From an uncultured Clostridia bacterium (GTDB lineage Bacteria; Bacillota; Clostridia; TANB77; CAG-508), in assembly GCA_947631745.1 (NCBI GenBank), contig CANRMM010000003.1, positions 1-61,882 on the forward strand: 61,882 nucleotides of DNA. The letters run 5' to 3'. The translations under genes were made by a program, and so were the position numbers. Positions within the stretch are counted from its first letter, which is position 1. Each line of letters begins with the position of its first letter. The notes beneath the pieces were generated by a model that worked only from the letters and a program-made list of their open reading frames with translations, made no database searches and was not told the DNA's origin. Positions 28,179 to 37,034 of this stretch are shown one piece after another.

Positions 28179-28682
28179 ATGAAAATGGCAGGATTTTATG
28201 ATGAAAGTATATCAAATGGACTAGGATGGAGAGCAGTACTATTTGTAAGTGGATGCCCACATCATTGCCCAGGATGTCATAACCAAGTAGCACAAGATTA
28301 TAATTATGGACAAGAATTCAATAAACAAGAAATTATAGATAGAATTTGTGAAAATTCCATTTTAAAAGGAATCACAATCAGTGGAGGAGAACCTTTATGC
28401 GAGCAAAATATCGCAGAAGTAGTAGACTTCATTAATGATGTAAAAAAAGTAAGACCAAACTTTAATGTATGGTGTTATACAGGTTACACACTAGAACAAT
28501 TAGAGGAAAGACATGATGAAATAACGGATAAAGCTTTAAATAGCATAGATGTACTAGTAGATGGAAGATTTGTAGAATCACAAAAGAATCCAACTTTAAA
28601 ATTTAGAGGATCAGAAAACCAAAGAATTCTAGATGTACATAAGTGTTTAAGAGAACAAAAGATAGTGCAATTAGCAATTTAA
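28179..28682 (+). CDS. nrdG: anaerobic RNR activating radical-SAM protein
   Basis: The CPHHCPGCHN motif, and the gene lies immediately downstream of nrdD. Confidence 0.9.
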   Translation: MKMAGFYDESISNGLGWRAVLFVSGCPHHCPGCHNQVAQDYNYGQEFNKQEIIDRICENSILKGITISGGEPLCEQNIAEVVDFINDVKKVRPNFNVWCYTGYTLEQLEERHDEITDKALNSIDVLVDGRFVESQKNPTLKFRGSENQRILDVHKCLREQKIVQLAI

Positions 28683-28687
28683 ATTAA

Positions 28688-28723
28688 AAAATTAGGTGGC
28701 TTATATAAGTCGCCTAATTTTTA
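28688..28723 (+). terminator. intrinsic terminator after nrdG
   Basis: Stem aattaggtggc/gtcgcctaatt followed by a T-run. Confidence 0.6.
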
Positions 28724-28820
28724 ACTAATAAAATAATAATAAAATTATATCACGAAGGTTACATAATATAAAATTTTGGAGATTAAAAAAATATATTATA
28801 CAAGGAGGCAAAAGAAAAAA

Positions 28821-29768
28821 ATGAAAGAAATAAAAGTATTTGCATGTAATACAGCAGAAGAATTTACAAAAGAAGTATGTGATTGCTTAAAAATAGAAAT
28901 AGGAAAAGTGGAGTCCTATAAATTTAAAAATGATAATAATTTTGTTCAATATACAGAAAGTGTACGAGATAAAGATATCTATATTATTCAAACAACATTA
29001 CCTCCAGTGAATGAAAGAATTATGGAATTACTAATAATGATAGATGCAGCAAAACGAGCAGCAGCAGGAAGAATAAATGTAGTATTACCATATTATATGT
29101 ATTCAAGATCAGATAAAAAAGATCAACCACGTGTACCAGTAACAGCAAAATTAATACAGCAACTATTAGAAGCAGCAGGAGCAGATAGAGTAATTACATG
29201 CGACTTGCATAATGCAGCAATACAGGCATATTTCAACATTCCATGTGATAGACTAACAGGAAGTCATTTACTAAGAAAATACTTTGAAGATAAACATATA
29301 AAAGATATTGTAGTAGTAGCAACAGATGCAGGAAGTTCAAAAAAAGCATATAAATATTCTACTTTTTTTAAATGTCCAATGGCATTAATAGACAAAAGAA
29401 GAGAAGGAAATAAAGACAAAGCAATTGCTGGAAGTATAATAGGAGATGTAAAAGGAAAAAATGCATTGATATTTGACGATGAAGTTAGCACAGCAGGAAC
29501 AATGATAGAAGCAGCTAATATATTAAAAACAGAAGGAGCAAAAGAAATTTATGCAGGATGTACACATGCAGTACTTTGCGGTGAAGCCATAGAAAAAATT
29601 GAAAACTCTCCAATCAAAGAATTAGTAGTAACTAATACAATACCATTAACTCCAGAAAAACAAATAGAAAAAATAAAAGTATTATCAATTGCACCATTAT
29701 TTGCTGAGGCAATAAGAAGAGTCCATGAAGGAGAAGCTTTAGGAGATTTATTTGAATATGAAAGATAA
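28821..29768 (+). CDS. prs: ribose-phosphate pyrophosphokinase
   Basis: Motifs LPYYMYSRSDKK and DLH, plus the PRPP loop VVATDAGS. I prefer the ATG at 28821, which has the RBS aaggagg at 28803, over the ORF-track start at 28776. Confidence 0.9.
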   Translation: MKEIKVFACNTAEEFTKEVCDCLKIEIGKVESYKFKNDNNFVQYTESVRDKDIYIIQTTLPPVNERIMELLIMIDAAKRAAAGRINVVLPYYMYSRSDKKDQPRVPVTAKLIQQLLEAAGADRVITCDLHNAAIQAYFNIPCDRLTGSHLLRKYFEDKHIKDIVVVATDAGSSKKAYKYSTFFKCPMALIDKRREGNKDKAIAGSIIGDVKGKNALIFDDEVSTAGTMIEAANILKTEGAKEIYAGCTHAVLCGEAIEKIENSPIKELVVTNTIPLTPEKQIEKIKVLSIAPLFAEAIRRVHEGEALGDLFEYER

Positions 29769-29816
29769 AGGAATTGTATTTAGTAACAACAGACCATATT
29801 TAAAATAAAGATAGTA

Positions 29817-29846
29817 TTGACAAAAAATACTATTTTAAGGTATAAT
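29817..29846 (+). promoter_or_regulatory. rpsU promoter candidate
   Basis: TTGACA 29817-29822, N18, TATAAT 29841-29846. Confidence 0.5.
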
Positions 29847-29944
29847 AATATTTGTTTAATGTACAAAGGAATATAAAAAGTACATAACAGAATAAAAGAA
29901 TCCCGCACTTGAAGAGTGTAATACCGGAAGGAGGGGAATGTAAA

Positions 29945-30115
29945 ATGTCAGAAGTTAAAGTTAATAATGGAAATATAGAAGATGCCTTAAAGAGATTTAA
30001 AAGACAATGTGCAAGAAATGGAGTACTACAAGAAGTCAGAAAAAGAGAACACTATGAGAAACCAAGCGTAAAAAGAAAAAAGAAATCAGAGGCAGCTAGA
30101 AAAAGAAAATATTAA
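29945..30115 (+). CDS. rpsU: 30S ribosomal protein S21
   Basis: The sequence is [46 protein letters not shown]. The RBS ggaaggagggg precedes the ATG at 29945, so the ORF-track start at 29909 is too far upstream. Confidence 0.9.
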   Translation: MSEVKVNNGNIEDALKRFKRQCARNGVLQEVRKREHYEKPSVKRKKKSEAARKRKY

Positions 30116-30122
30116 TCATGAG

Positions 30123-30158
30123 AGACTGAAAATTAATAAAATAATTTTCAGTCTTTTG
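30123..30158 (+). terminator. intrinsic terminator after rpsU
   Basis: 12-bp stem agactgaaaatt/aattttcagtct followed by TTTT. Confidence 0.7.
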
Positions 30159-30186
30159 ATATAATTTAATATAAAAGAGAGGAATA

Positions 30187-31668
30187 ATGAAAGAAAAAAT
30201 AAAAAACATATTAAATAAACATGATAAAATATTAGTATTTATTTTTTTTATTATAGCAGTAACAAGTTTATCAGTAAATGTAAAAATAGAAGCAAATGAC
30301 GAATTATGGAACTTTTCTAATATATACAAAATGTATAATGGAGAAATGATTTATAGAGACATCAATGTAATTATTACACCACTATTTTTTTACATTGGAA
30401 AAATACTATTTAAAATACTAGGAGCAAATTATTTAACATTTAGAATTTACAATACAATTATATTTATAGCAATATATTATACAATATATTGTTTATTTAA
30501 AACATTAGACATAAAAAAAATAAAAGCTTTTACATATACTCTAACAATGTATATATTAAGTTTAGGTATGATAATAACAGGAGCAAATTATAATGCATTG
30601 GCTATGTTATTTATCATTTTAGGAGTTCTTTGTTGCTTAAAGGAAGAAAAACTAGGCAAAAAAAAGATTATATTAGAAGGAATACTAATATTTATTGTAT
30701 TTATGTGCAAACAAACGATAGGAGTATTATACATAATAGGAGTTATTATATATGAACTAACTAAAAAAGACAAAATAAAAAATAAAATAAAAATACTAAT
30801 ACAGCAACTAGGAATTAGTGCAATTATTTTAGGAATTTTTTTAGGATATTTAGCATTAACTGAGAACTTATACCCATTCATTAATTATACGATATTAGGA
30901 ACAATTGAATTTAAGAATGAAAACTTTTATTGTGATAATGCCATATTCACATACATAATACAGATACCAATAATTATAGTGATACTATGGGCATTAAAAA
31001 GCAAAAAGATAACTATAGAAGAAAAAGTAAGGAAGAACATTATAACTTTATTAACTCTTTCAATTCCATTAATGTTAATTGCATATCCAATAATAAATGA
31101 TTATCATGTTTTACAAGGAAACATGTTAGCATTTATTACAACTATTTATTTTATAGAAAAAATTATGCTTAAGGAAATATTAGAAACAGGAAAAGTAATA
31201 AAAGCAATGAAAATATTAGACATTATTATTATAATAGGAACAGTATGTTTTAACATATATATACTTATTATAACGCCATACTATTTAGTACTACAACAAA
31301 ATAAATATAAACCATATTATGGAGGAACTTTAAAGAATCAAGATGAAATTTCCAGAGTAGTGAATTATATAGAAGAACAAGAAAGAAATGGAACCAATAT
31401 AATTATTATGTCATATAAAGCAAATTTATATAATAATATTTTAAAAAAGAATAATGGTGATTTCGACGTACCTTTTTATGGAAATTTAGGAATAGAAGGA
31501 GAAAAAGGGCTGATAGAGAAAATAAAAAAATTAAAAAATACAAATATATTAATAGAACCGGACAGCTTAGCATATCAAGAAATAAAAGAAGTAAAAGACT
31601 ATATAGTAGAAAACTATGAACAAATAGGAAAAATTGAAGAATATGACATCTATAAATTAGATCAATAA
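30187..31668 (+). CDS. polytopic membrane protein, possibly a GT39/ArnT-like glycosyltransferase
   Basis: 493 aa with about 12 hydrophobic segments and a soluble C-terminal domain. The family assignment is only an impression. Confidence 0.6.
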   Translation: MKEKIKNILNKHDKILVFIFFIIAVTSLSVNVKIEANDELWNFSNIYKMYNGEMIYRDINVIITPLFFYIGKILFKILGANYLTFRIYNTIIFIAIYYTIYCLFKTLDIKKIKAFTYTLTMYILSLGMIITGANYNALAMLFIILGVLCCLKEEKLGKKKIILEGILIFIVFMCKQTIGVLYIIGVIIYELTKKDKIKNKIKILIQQLGISAIILGIFLGYLALTENLYPFINYTILGTIEFKNENFYCDNAIFTYIIQIPIIIVILWALKSKKITIEEKVRKNIITLLTLSIPLMLIAYPIINDYHVLQGNMLAFITTIYFIEKIMLKEILETGKVIKAMKILDIIIIIGTVCFNIYILIITPYYLVLQQNKYKPYYGGTLKNQDEISRVVNYIEEQERNGTNIIIMSYKANLYNNILKKNNGDFDVPFYGNLGIEGEKGLIEKIKKLKNTNILIEPDSLAYQEIKEVKDYIVENYEQIGKIEEYDIYKLDQ

Positions 31669-31676
31669 ATAAAAAA

Positions 31677-31722
31677 AATCCAGTATGATAAAAAATCATA
31701 TTTGGATTTTTTTAAATAACTT
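31677..31722 (+). terminator. intrinsic terminator
   Basis: Imperfect stem atccagtatgat/atcatatttggat followed by a T-run. Confidence 0.55.
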
Positions 31723-31785
31723 GTATAATTTTTCCAAACTATATTATAATAATAAAGAAAAAATAAAAGAAAGGTAGGAAAATAG

Positions 31786-33060
31786 ATGAATTGTGAAACT
31801 AGTGAAATAAAAGAGGGAATTAAATTTCATTCTATTAACACAAACAATTTTAAAACAAATTTATATGCCCTTTTTTTAGCAATACCATTAAAAAGAGAAA
31901 ATATTACCATAGATGCATTATTAACAGCTATATTAAGAAGAGGCAGTAAAACAATGCCATCACAAGAAATAATTAGCAAAAAGCTAGAAGAAATGTATGG
32001 AGCAAGCTTTGATTGCGGAATAGAGAAAAGTGGAGATAATCACGTTATTAAATTTTACTTAGAAGCTCTTAGTGAGGAATTCTTACCACAAAAAGAAGAA
32101 CTAACAAGAAAAAGTATAGATATTTTATTTGATATTGTATTTCAACCTCTAATTGAAAATGAAAGCTTTAAAGAAGAATATATAACAGGAGAAAAAGAAA
32201 ATTTAAAACAGATTATAGAAGGAAAAATTGATAATAAGGGAAAATATGCATTAGATAGATGCATTGAAGAAATGTTTAAAAATGAACCTTATGGACTATA
32301 CAAATATGGATATGTAGAAGACATAGACAAAATAACAGGAAAGGATTTATATAAAAGATATCAAGAATTAATAAATACTTGTAAAATTGATATATTTTGT
32401 TCAGGAACGACAGAGAAAAACAAGATGATAGAAATAATACAGGAAAATGAAAAAATAAAAAGATTACAACCAAGAAAGCCAGACTATATTATTAATAACG
32501 AAAAAACAGATGCAAGAAAGCCAGAACAAGAAAATATAGTAGAAGACCATATGCAAGTAACCCAGGGAAAATTAGTATTAGGATTAGATATTGATATGTC
32601 AGAAGAAAATGCAAGATTTGCAACATCTGTTTATAATGCAATTCTAGGAGGAGGAGCAAATTCAAAACTATTTCAAAATGTTAGAGAAAAAGAAAGTTTA
32701 GCATATACAGCAGGATCAAATTATAATAGACAAAAAAATTGCATTTTTGTCAGATGTGGAATAGAAATAGAAAACTATGAAAAAGCATTAAGTACTACAA
32801 AACAACAGTTAGAAGACATGAAACAGGGGGATTTTACAGAAAAGGATATAGAAAATGCTAAAAATTTAATTATTGAATCTGTAAAAAGCATAACAGCAGA
32901 GCAAGACACAGAAATTACGTATTATTATGGACAAGAGTTGGCAGGAACAAATATTACAATTAAAGAATATGAAGAAAGAATAAATAATATTAATAAAGAA
33001 CAAATTGTAGAAGTAGCCAATAAAGTAAATATCCATACAATTTATTTTTTAAGAGATTAA
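31786..33060 (+). CDS. M16-family peptidase-like protein (no HxxEH motif, non-catalytic partner)
   Basis: 424 aa with pitrilysin-like architecture, paired with the downstream catalytic M16 gene. Confidence 0.7.
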   Translation: MNCETSEIKEGIKFHSINTNNFKTNLYALFLAIPLKRENITIDALLTAILRRGSKTMPSQEIISKKLEEMYGASFDCGIEKSGDNHVIKFYLEALSEEFLPQKEELTRKSIDILFDIVFQPLIENESFKEEYITGEKENLKQIIEGKIDNKGKYALDRCIEEMFKNEPYGLYKYGYVEDIDKITGKDLYKRYQELINTCKIDIFCSGTTEKNKMIEIIQENEKIKRLQPRKPDYIINNEKTDARKPEQENIVEDHMQVTQGKLVLGLDIDMSEENARFATSVYNAILGGGANSKLFQNVREKESLAYTAGSNYNRQKNCIFVRCGIEIENYEKALSTTKQQLEDMKQGDFTEKDIENAKNLIIESVKSITAEQDTEITYYYGQELAGTNITIKEYEERINNINKEQIVEVANKVNIHTIYFLRD

Positions 33061-33087
33061 AAATAATATCAAAGCGGAGGAAAAAGT

Positions 33088-34377
33088 ATGAAAATAATAG
33101 AAAGTTCAAGAATAAAAGAAAAGGCATATATAGAGACATTAGAAAATGGGTTGACCGTCATTATCATTCCAAAGGAAAAAGCAAACAAAAAATACATTAT
33201 ATGGGGAACACACTTTGGATCAATTGACAATAGATTCATTATGCCAAAAACAAAAGAAGAAGTATTTATTCCAGATGGAGTAGCACATTTCCTAGAACAT
33301 AAAATGTTTGAACAAAAAGATGGAACTAATAGCTTGGATACTTTAATGGCACTAGGAATTGATGCAAATGCCTATACAACAAATGATCATACAGCATACT
33401 TATTTGAATGTACAAATAATTTTTATGAAGGATTAGACGAATTAATGGATTATGTGCAAAATCCATATTTCACAGATCAAAATGTTGAAAAAGAGAAAGG
33501 TATTATAGGACAAGAAATCAAAATGTATGATGATGACCCAGGCTGGCAATTATATATGAACGCTATGGACTGCATGTATAAAGAAAATCCAATCAAAATA
33601 GATATCGCTGGAAGTGTCGAATCAATTAGCAAAATTACACCAGATGTTTTGTATAAATGCTATAACACGTTTTACAATCCTTCAAATATGGTAATGGTAG
33701 CATGTGGAGATTTTGAGCCAGAAAATTTGTTAGAAGAAATCAAAAAAAGATTACTTCCAAGAGAATCACAAGGCGAAATTAGAAGAATTTATCCAGAAGT
33801 AGAAAATAAAATAAATAAACCATATAAAGAAGTAGAAATGGAAGTAAGCACACCAATTTTTGCAGTAGGATTTAAAGATACAGATTTATTAAAAGAAAAT
33901 AGAAAAGAAATTGTAAAAAAACATATAGCAATAGAAATTATATTAAATTTACTAATAGGTAAAAGTTCGGATTTATATAAAGAATTATATGAAAGTGGAG
34001 ACTTATTAGCCGAGCCAGACTTGGATTATGAGTTTAGCGACGAATATGCACACATTTTAATATCTGGACAATCAAAAAATCCTCAAAAAATACAACAAAA
34101 AATACAAGAGAAAATAGAAGAATTTGAAAAAGGATTGAATAAAGAAAACTTTGACAGAATAAAGAAAAAAATATATGGAGATTATGTAATAGAATATAAT
34201 AGTATAGGTGATATTGCCAGAATGTTTTTAGCAGACAAAATGAAACAGATTAATAGTTTTGATTATATTGAAGAATATGATACTGTAACAAAAGAATATA
34301 CAGAAGAGATATTAAAAAATGTCTTTAAAAAGGAAAATATGATACTCTCTGTTGTAAAAGGAAATGAAACAAAATAA
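33088..34377 (+). CDS. M16-family zinc peptidase
   Basis: The HxxEH motif within GVAHFLEHKMFE. Confidence 0.8.
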   Translation: MKIIESSRIKEKAYIETLENGLTVIIIPKEKANKKYIIWGTHFGSIDNRFIMPKTKEEVFIPDGVAHFLEHKMFEQKDGTNSLDTLMALGIDANAYTTNDHTAYLFECTNNFYEGLDELMDYVQNPYFTDQNVEKEKGIIGQEIKMYDDDPGWQLYMNAMDCMYKENPIKIDIAGSVESISKITPDVLYKCYNTFYNPSNMVMVACGDFEPENLLEEIKKRLLPRESQGEIRRIYPEVENKINKPYKEVEMEVSTPIFAVGFKDTDLLKENRKEIVKKHIAIEIILNLLIGKSSDLYKELYESGDLLAEPDLDYEFSDEYAHILISGQSKNPQKIQQKIQEKIEEFEKGLNKENFDRIKKKIYGDYVIEYNSIGDIARMFLADKMKQINSFDYIEEYDTVTKEYTEEILKNVFKKENMILSVVKGNETK

Positions 34378-34378
34378 A

Positions 34379-34452
34379 ATGTAGAAAAATGTAGAAAAGT
34401 GTCATACGAAAAATCAACAAAAATCACTAAAATCAATGAAAATCAATTGACG
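34379..34452 (+). promoter_or_regulatory. seven ~10-bp phased short repeats abutting a -35 box upstream of the Spo0E-like gene
   Basis: tgtagaaaa occurs twice and tgtcatacg once, at 34380, 34390 and 34400. atcaac, atcact, atcaat and atcaat are at 34413, 34423, 34432 and 34442. The promoter candidate is TTGACG 34447-34452, N17, TGgTATTTT. Confidence 0.4.
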
Positions 34453-34520
34453 TATATGTAAAAATATGGTATTTTATAAAATATACAAAAGAAAAAAATA
34501 GGAATAAGGAGAGTGGTTTT

Positions 34521-34727
34521 ATGTTAAATGAAGAAATTTGTAAATTAAGAGAACAACTAAATGACAGTATTATTAGTGGACAAGACTATAGTGTAACTTA
34601 TGAGTTAAGTATACAACTAGATGAGCTGATTGCAGAATACTATAAAATAGAACTGAATAGAATAGAACCAAACAAAAAGAAAAAAGGTAAAAATTTGATA
34701 AAAATAACAAATTATGATATAATATAA
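34521..34727 (+). CDS. Spo0E-like aspartyl-phosphate phosphatase family protein
   Basis: 68 aa. EICKLREQLNDSIISGQDYSVTYELSIQLDELIAEYY matches the Spo0E-like helical hairpin pattern. Confidence 0.6.
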   Translation: MLNEEICKLREQLNDSIISGQDYSVTYELSIQLDELIAEYYKIELNRIEPNKKKKGKNLIKITNYDII

Positions 34728-34758
34728 ATACTTTATAACCTGAAAGGGAGAGATATAC

Positions 34759-35013
34759 ATGAAATTTGGAACGGTGCTTTTCGTATACATCCTGATGATC
34801 ATTATGGCGGCAAGCCATAAACTGGACAGAATCATGGTGCCATGCGGACTGGTTATGCTAGTGTCATTGGTGATAATTGTGGTTGGACTGCTTTTCCGAT
34901 GGGACAAGACCGTGAGTTTCGGAGCACGGTGGGCCAAAAGAACGATGGTGGTTATGGCCTTCGCGATGGTAGCACTGGTAACCTGGAGAGGAGTTCTTGA
35001 TCTAATCTTCTAA
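34759..35013 (+). CDS. small three-TM membrane protein of foreign (GC-rich) composition
   Basis: The RBS aaagggagag is followed by an 84-aa hydrophobic ORF. Its G/C-ending codons (ctg, gtg, gcc, acc) are unlike all neighbouring genes. Confidence 0.6.
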   Translation: MKFGTVLFVYILMIIMAASHKLDRIMVPCGLVMLVSLVIIVVGLLFRWDKTVSFGARWAKRTMVVMAFAMVALVTWRGVLDLIF

Positions 35014-35031
35014 TTAGAGTTCCAAAAAACG

Positions 35032-35064
35032 CCCCTGGCTGAGATTCAGTCGGGGGAAATTTTA
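35032..35064 (+). terminator. intrinsic terminator after the GC-rich ORF
   Basis: Stem cccc(t)ggctga/tcagtcgggg at 35032-35055, followed by gaaatttt. Confidence 0.5.
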
Positions 35065-35171
35065 TGATTAAAATATTACAAAAATATTACATTTTGATTA
35101 ATTTTGAATGACAAATATTACAAAAATAGAAAAATATAGTAGAATAAAAAAAGAAATATATACTTAAACAA

Positions 35172-35200
35172 TTGAAAAAAGTCAAAAAATGAGATATAAT
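35172..35200 (+). promoter_or_regulatory. promoter of the first pilin-like gene
   Basis: TTGAAA 35172-35177, N17, TATAAT 35195-35200. Confidence 0.55.
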
Positions 35201-35222
35201 AAAACATAAAGGGGTGGAATAG

Positions 35223-35591
35223 ATGAAAAAAAAGAAAATATTAATAGTTGCAATTTTAATAATATTGTTTTTTATTACAATATGTCAACCCCATACTTTT
35301 GCAACAGGAACCATTAATACAAATGATTATAGACCAGAGCTACCTGGAACAGAGGGAACACAATATGTAATAGATAGGGCTAATGTACTAATAGGAGTAA
35401 TCAAAACAGCGGGAATTGTGGTAGCAGTTATTATGATGATAATATTAGGATTCAAGTACATGACAGGTAGTGTATCAGAAAAGGCAGAATACAAAAAAAC
35501 GATGATACCATATTTAGTAGGAATTATATTAGTAGTTTCAATTACACAATTGATAGGAATTTTAGCAGAAATGGTAGGGTCAGTAGAATAA
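35223..35591 (+). CDS. VirB2/TrbC-like T4SS pilin-like protein, paralog 1
   Basis: Signal peptide plus two transmembrane helices. The motif YMTGSVSEKAEYKKTMIPYLVG is shared with paralog 3. Confidence 0.6.
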   Translation: MKKKKILIVAILIILFFITICQPHTFATGTINTNDYRPELPGTEGTQYVIDRANVLIGVIKTAGIVVAVIMMIILGFKYMTGSVSEKAEYKKTMIPYLVGIILVVSITQLIGILAEMVGSVE

Positions 35592-35658
35592 AGTATAAAA
35601 TAAGTATTGAAATAAAAAGACAGATATTGTATAATAAAAAATACAAAAAGGAGGAAAT

Positions 35659-36060
35659 ATGAAGAAAAATAATATAATAAAACACATAAAAATGATTTTC
35701 ATAATAATATTAGTAATATTTTTTATATTAACTCCAAAAACATATGCATCAGATCCTTTAATGGAAATTTTTGATAAAGCAGATGACTTTATTAATTCAG
35801 GAAATAGTTCTACACCAACATTAGGTGAAGAGTCAATACAAGATATGTCAAATCTTATTTACAATGTATTATTAGTAATAGCTATTGTCATTTTAATTAT
35901 TTGGGGAATGGCAATTGGCATACAGTACATGACAGGAAGTGTAGGAGAGCGAGTAAGAATAAAAGAATCGCTTATACCATATATTGTAGGTTGTGTAGTT
36001 ATATTTGGTAGCTTTACAATATGGGAAATTATAGTAAACTTATTGCAAGCAACAGCATAA
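35659..36060 (+). CDS. VirB2/TrbC-like pilin-like protein, paralog 2
   Basis: Same architecture as paralog 1, with the motif YMTGSVGERVRIKESLIPYIVG. Confidence 0.55.
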   Translation: MKKNNIIKHIKMIFIIILVIFFILTPKTYASDPLMEIFDKADDFINSGNSSTPTLGEESIQDMSNLIYNVLLVIAIVILIIWGMAIGIQYMTGSVGERVRIKESLIPYIVGCVVIFGSFTIWEIIVNLLQATA

Positions 36061-36156
36061 TAGAAAAAATAACATAAATAATTTTGTTTTTAAAATTATC
36101 TCCAAAATGAGATAGATTTAAAATATATAATAATAAATAAAAAGGGAGGAAAAAAT

Positions 36157-36525
36157 ATGAAAAAAACTGCAAAAATAATTGCAATCCTATTAACAGCAAT
36201 AATGATTCTTATGATGGGAACAACATTTTCAAAAGCAATGGATGTAGAAGGAATTGCAAGTGGTTTAACAGGAACACAATCAAGTGCACAAAGTTCAGTA
36301 GTAAGCATAGGCAATAATATTATTGGTATTATTACAACTGTCGGTGTAGTAGTTGCAGTAATTATTCTATTAGTATTAGGTATTAAATACATGATGGGTA
36401 GTGCTTCAGAAAAAGCAGAATACAAAAAGACAATGATACCATATTTAATAGGAGCAATCTTGATTTTTGGAGCATCTGCAATAACAAAAGTTGTAGTAGG
36501 TTTAGGATCAAGCATTAGTGTATAG
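36157..36525 (+). CDS. VirB2/TrbC-like pilin-like protein, paralog 3
   Basis: Same architecture as paralog 1, with the motif YMMGSASEKAEYKKTMIPYLIG. Confidence 0.6.
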   Translation: MKKTAKIIAILLTAIMILMMGTTFSKAMDVEGIASGLTGTQSSAQSSVVSIGNNIIGIITTVGVVVAVIILLVLGIKYMMGSASEKAEYKKTMIPYLIGAILIFGASAITKVVVGLGSSISV

Positions 36526-36581
36526 GCATACTAATACTACAAAATGTTACAGAAATATTACAAAAATATTACAGAAATATT

Positions 36582-36609
36582 AAAAGTGCATTAAAAGTGC
36601 ACTTTTTTT
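36582..36609 (+). terminator. intrinsic terminator after the pilin trio
   Basis: 9-bp stem aaaagtgca/tgcactttt, a 7-nt loop and a T-run. Confidence 0.65.
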
Positions 36610-36686
36610 ATTTTTTCCTACCAATTTTCGATAATATTTGATATAATATAAAATAAGTGTAGTTATGTACAAAGGAGGAAAAATTT

Positions 36687-37034
36687 GTGGGAACATATAA
36701 TTTACCTAGAAATGTAAAAGGTGAAGGAAGAATTTTATTTATATTCACTGGAAAAAGTTTTCTATATGCAATGGTAGGAGGAGGAATAGGATTTCTTTTT
36801 TATTCTATTCTATCAGCATTAGATTTAACAACAATAGGAATTGCTATTATTGCTATTTTAGCAGGAATAGGATTTTTAATTGGAACCTGCAAAGTACCAA
36901 ATATATCAAAAATAGAATTTACTCAAAAAACAGGAGGAGAAAATATAGATGACATTATAAAAAGAGCAATATTATTTAAAACAAGGGGCAAAAAAATATA
37001 TTTATACAAGGAGGAAGAAAAGGATGATCAATAA
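36687..37034 (+). CDS. PrgI/VirB3-like small T4SS membrane protein
   Basis: GTG start after the RBS aaaggagg. Two transmembrane helices. It lies immediately upstream of the ATPase genes. Confidence 0.55.
   Translation: MGTYNLPRNVKGEGRILFIFTGKSFLYAMVGGGIGFLFYSILSALDLTTIGIAIIAILAGIGFLIGTCKVPNISKIEFTQKTGGENIDDIIKRAILFKTRGKKIYLYKEEEKDDQ

Noticed and set aside
34740-35064. The GC-rich islet as a structural RNA gene (SRP RNA, RNase P, tmRNA or 6S).
   Set aside because: I could not find conserved cores of those RNAs, such as GGAAGCAG or GAGGAAAGUCC, or a tRNA-like 3' end. The region has clear 3-nt periodicity, a good RBS and encodes a coherent three-TM protein.
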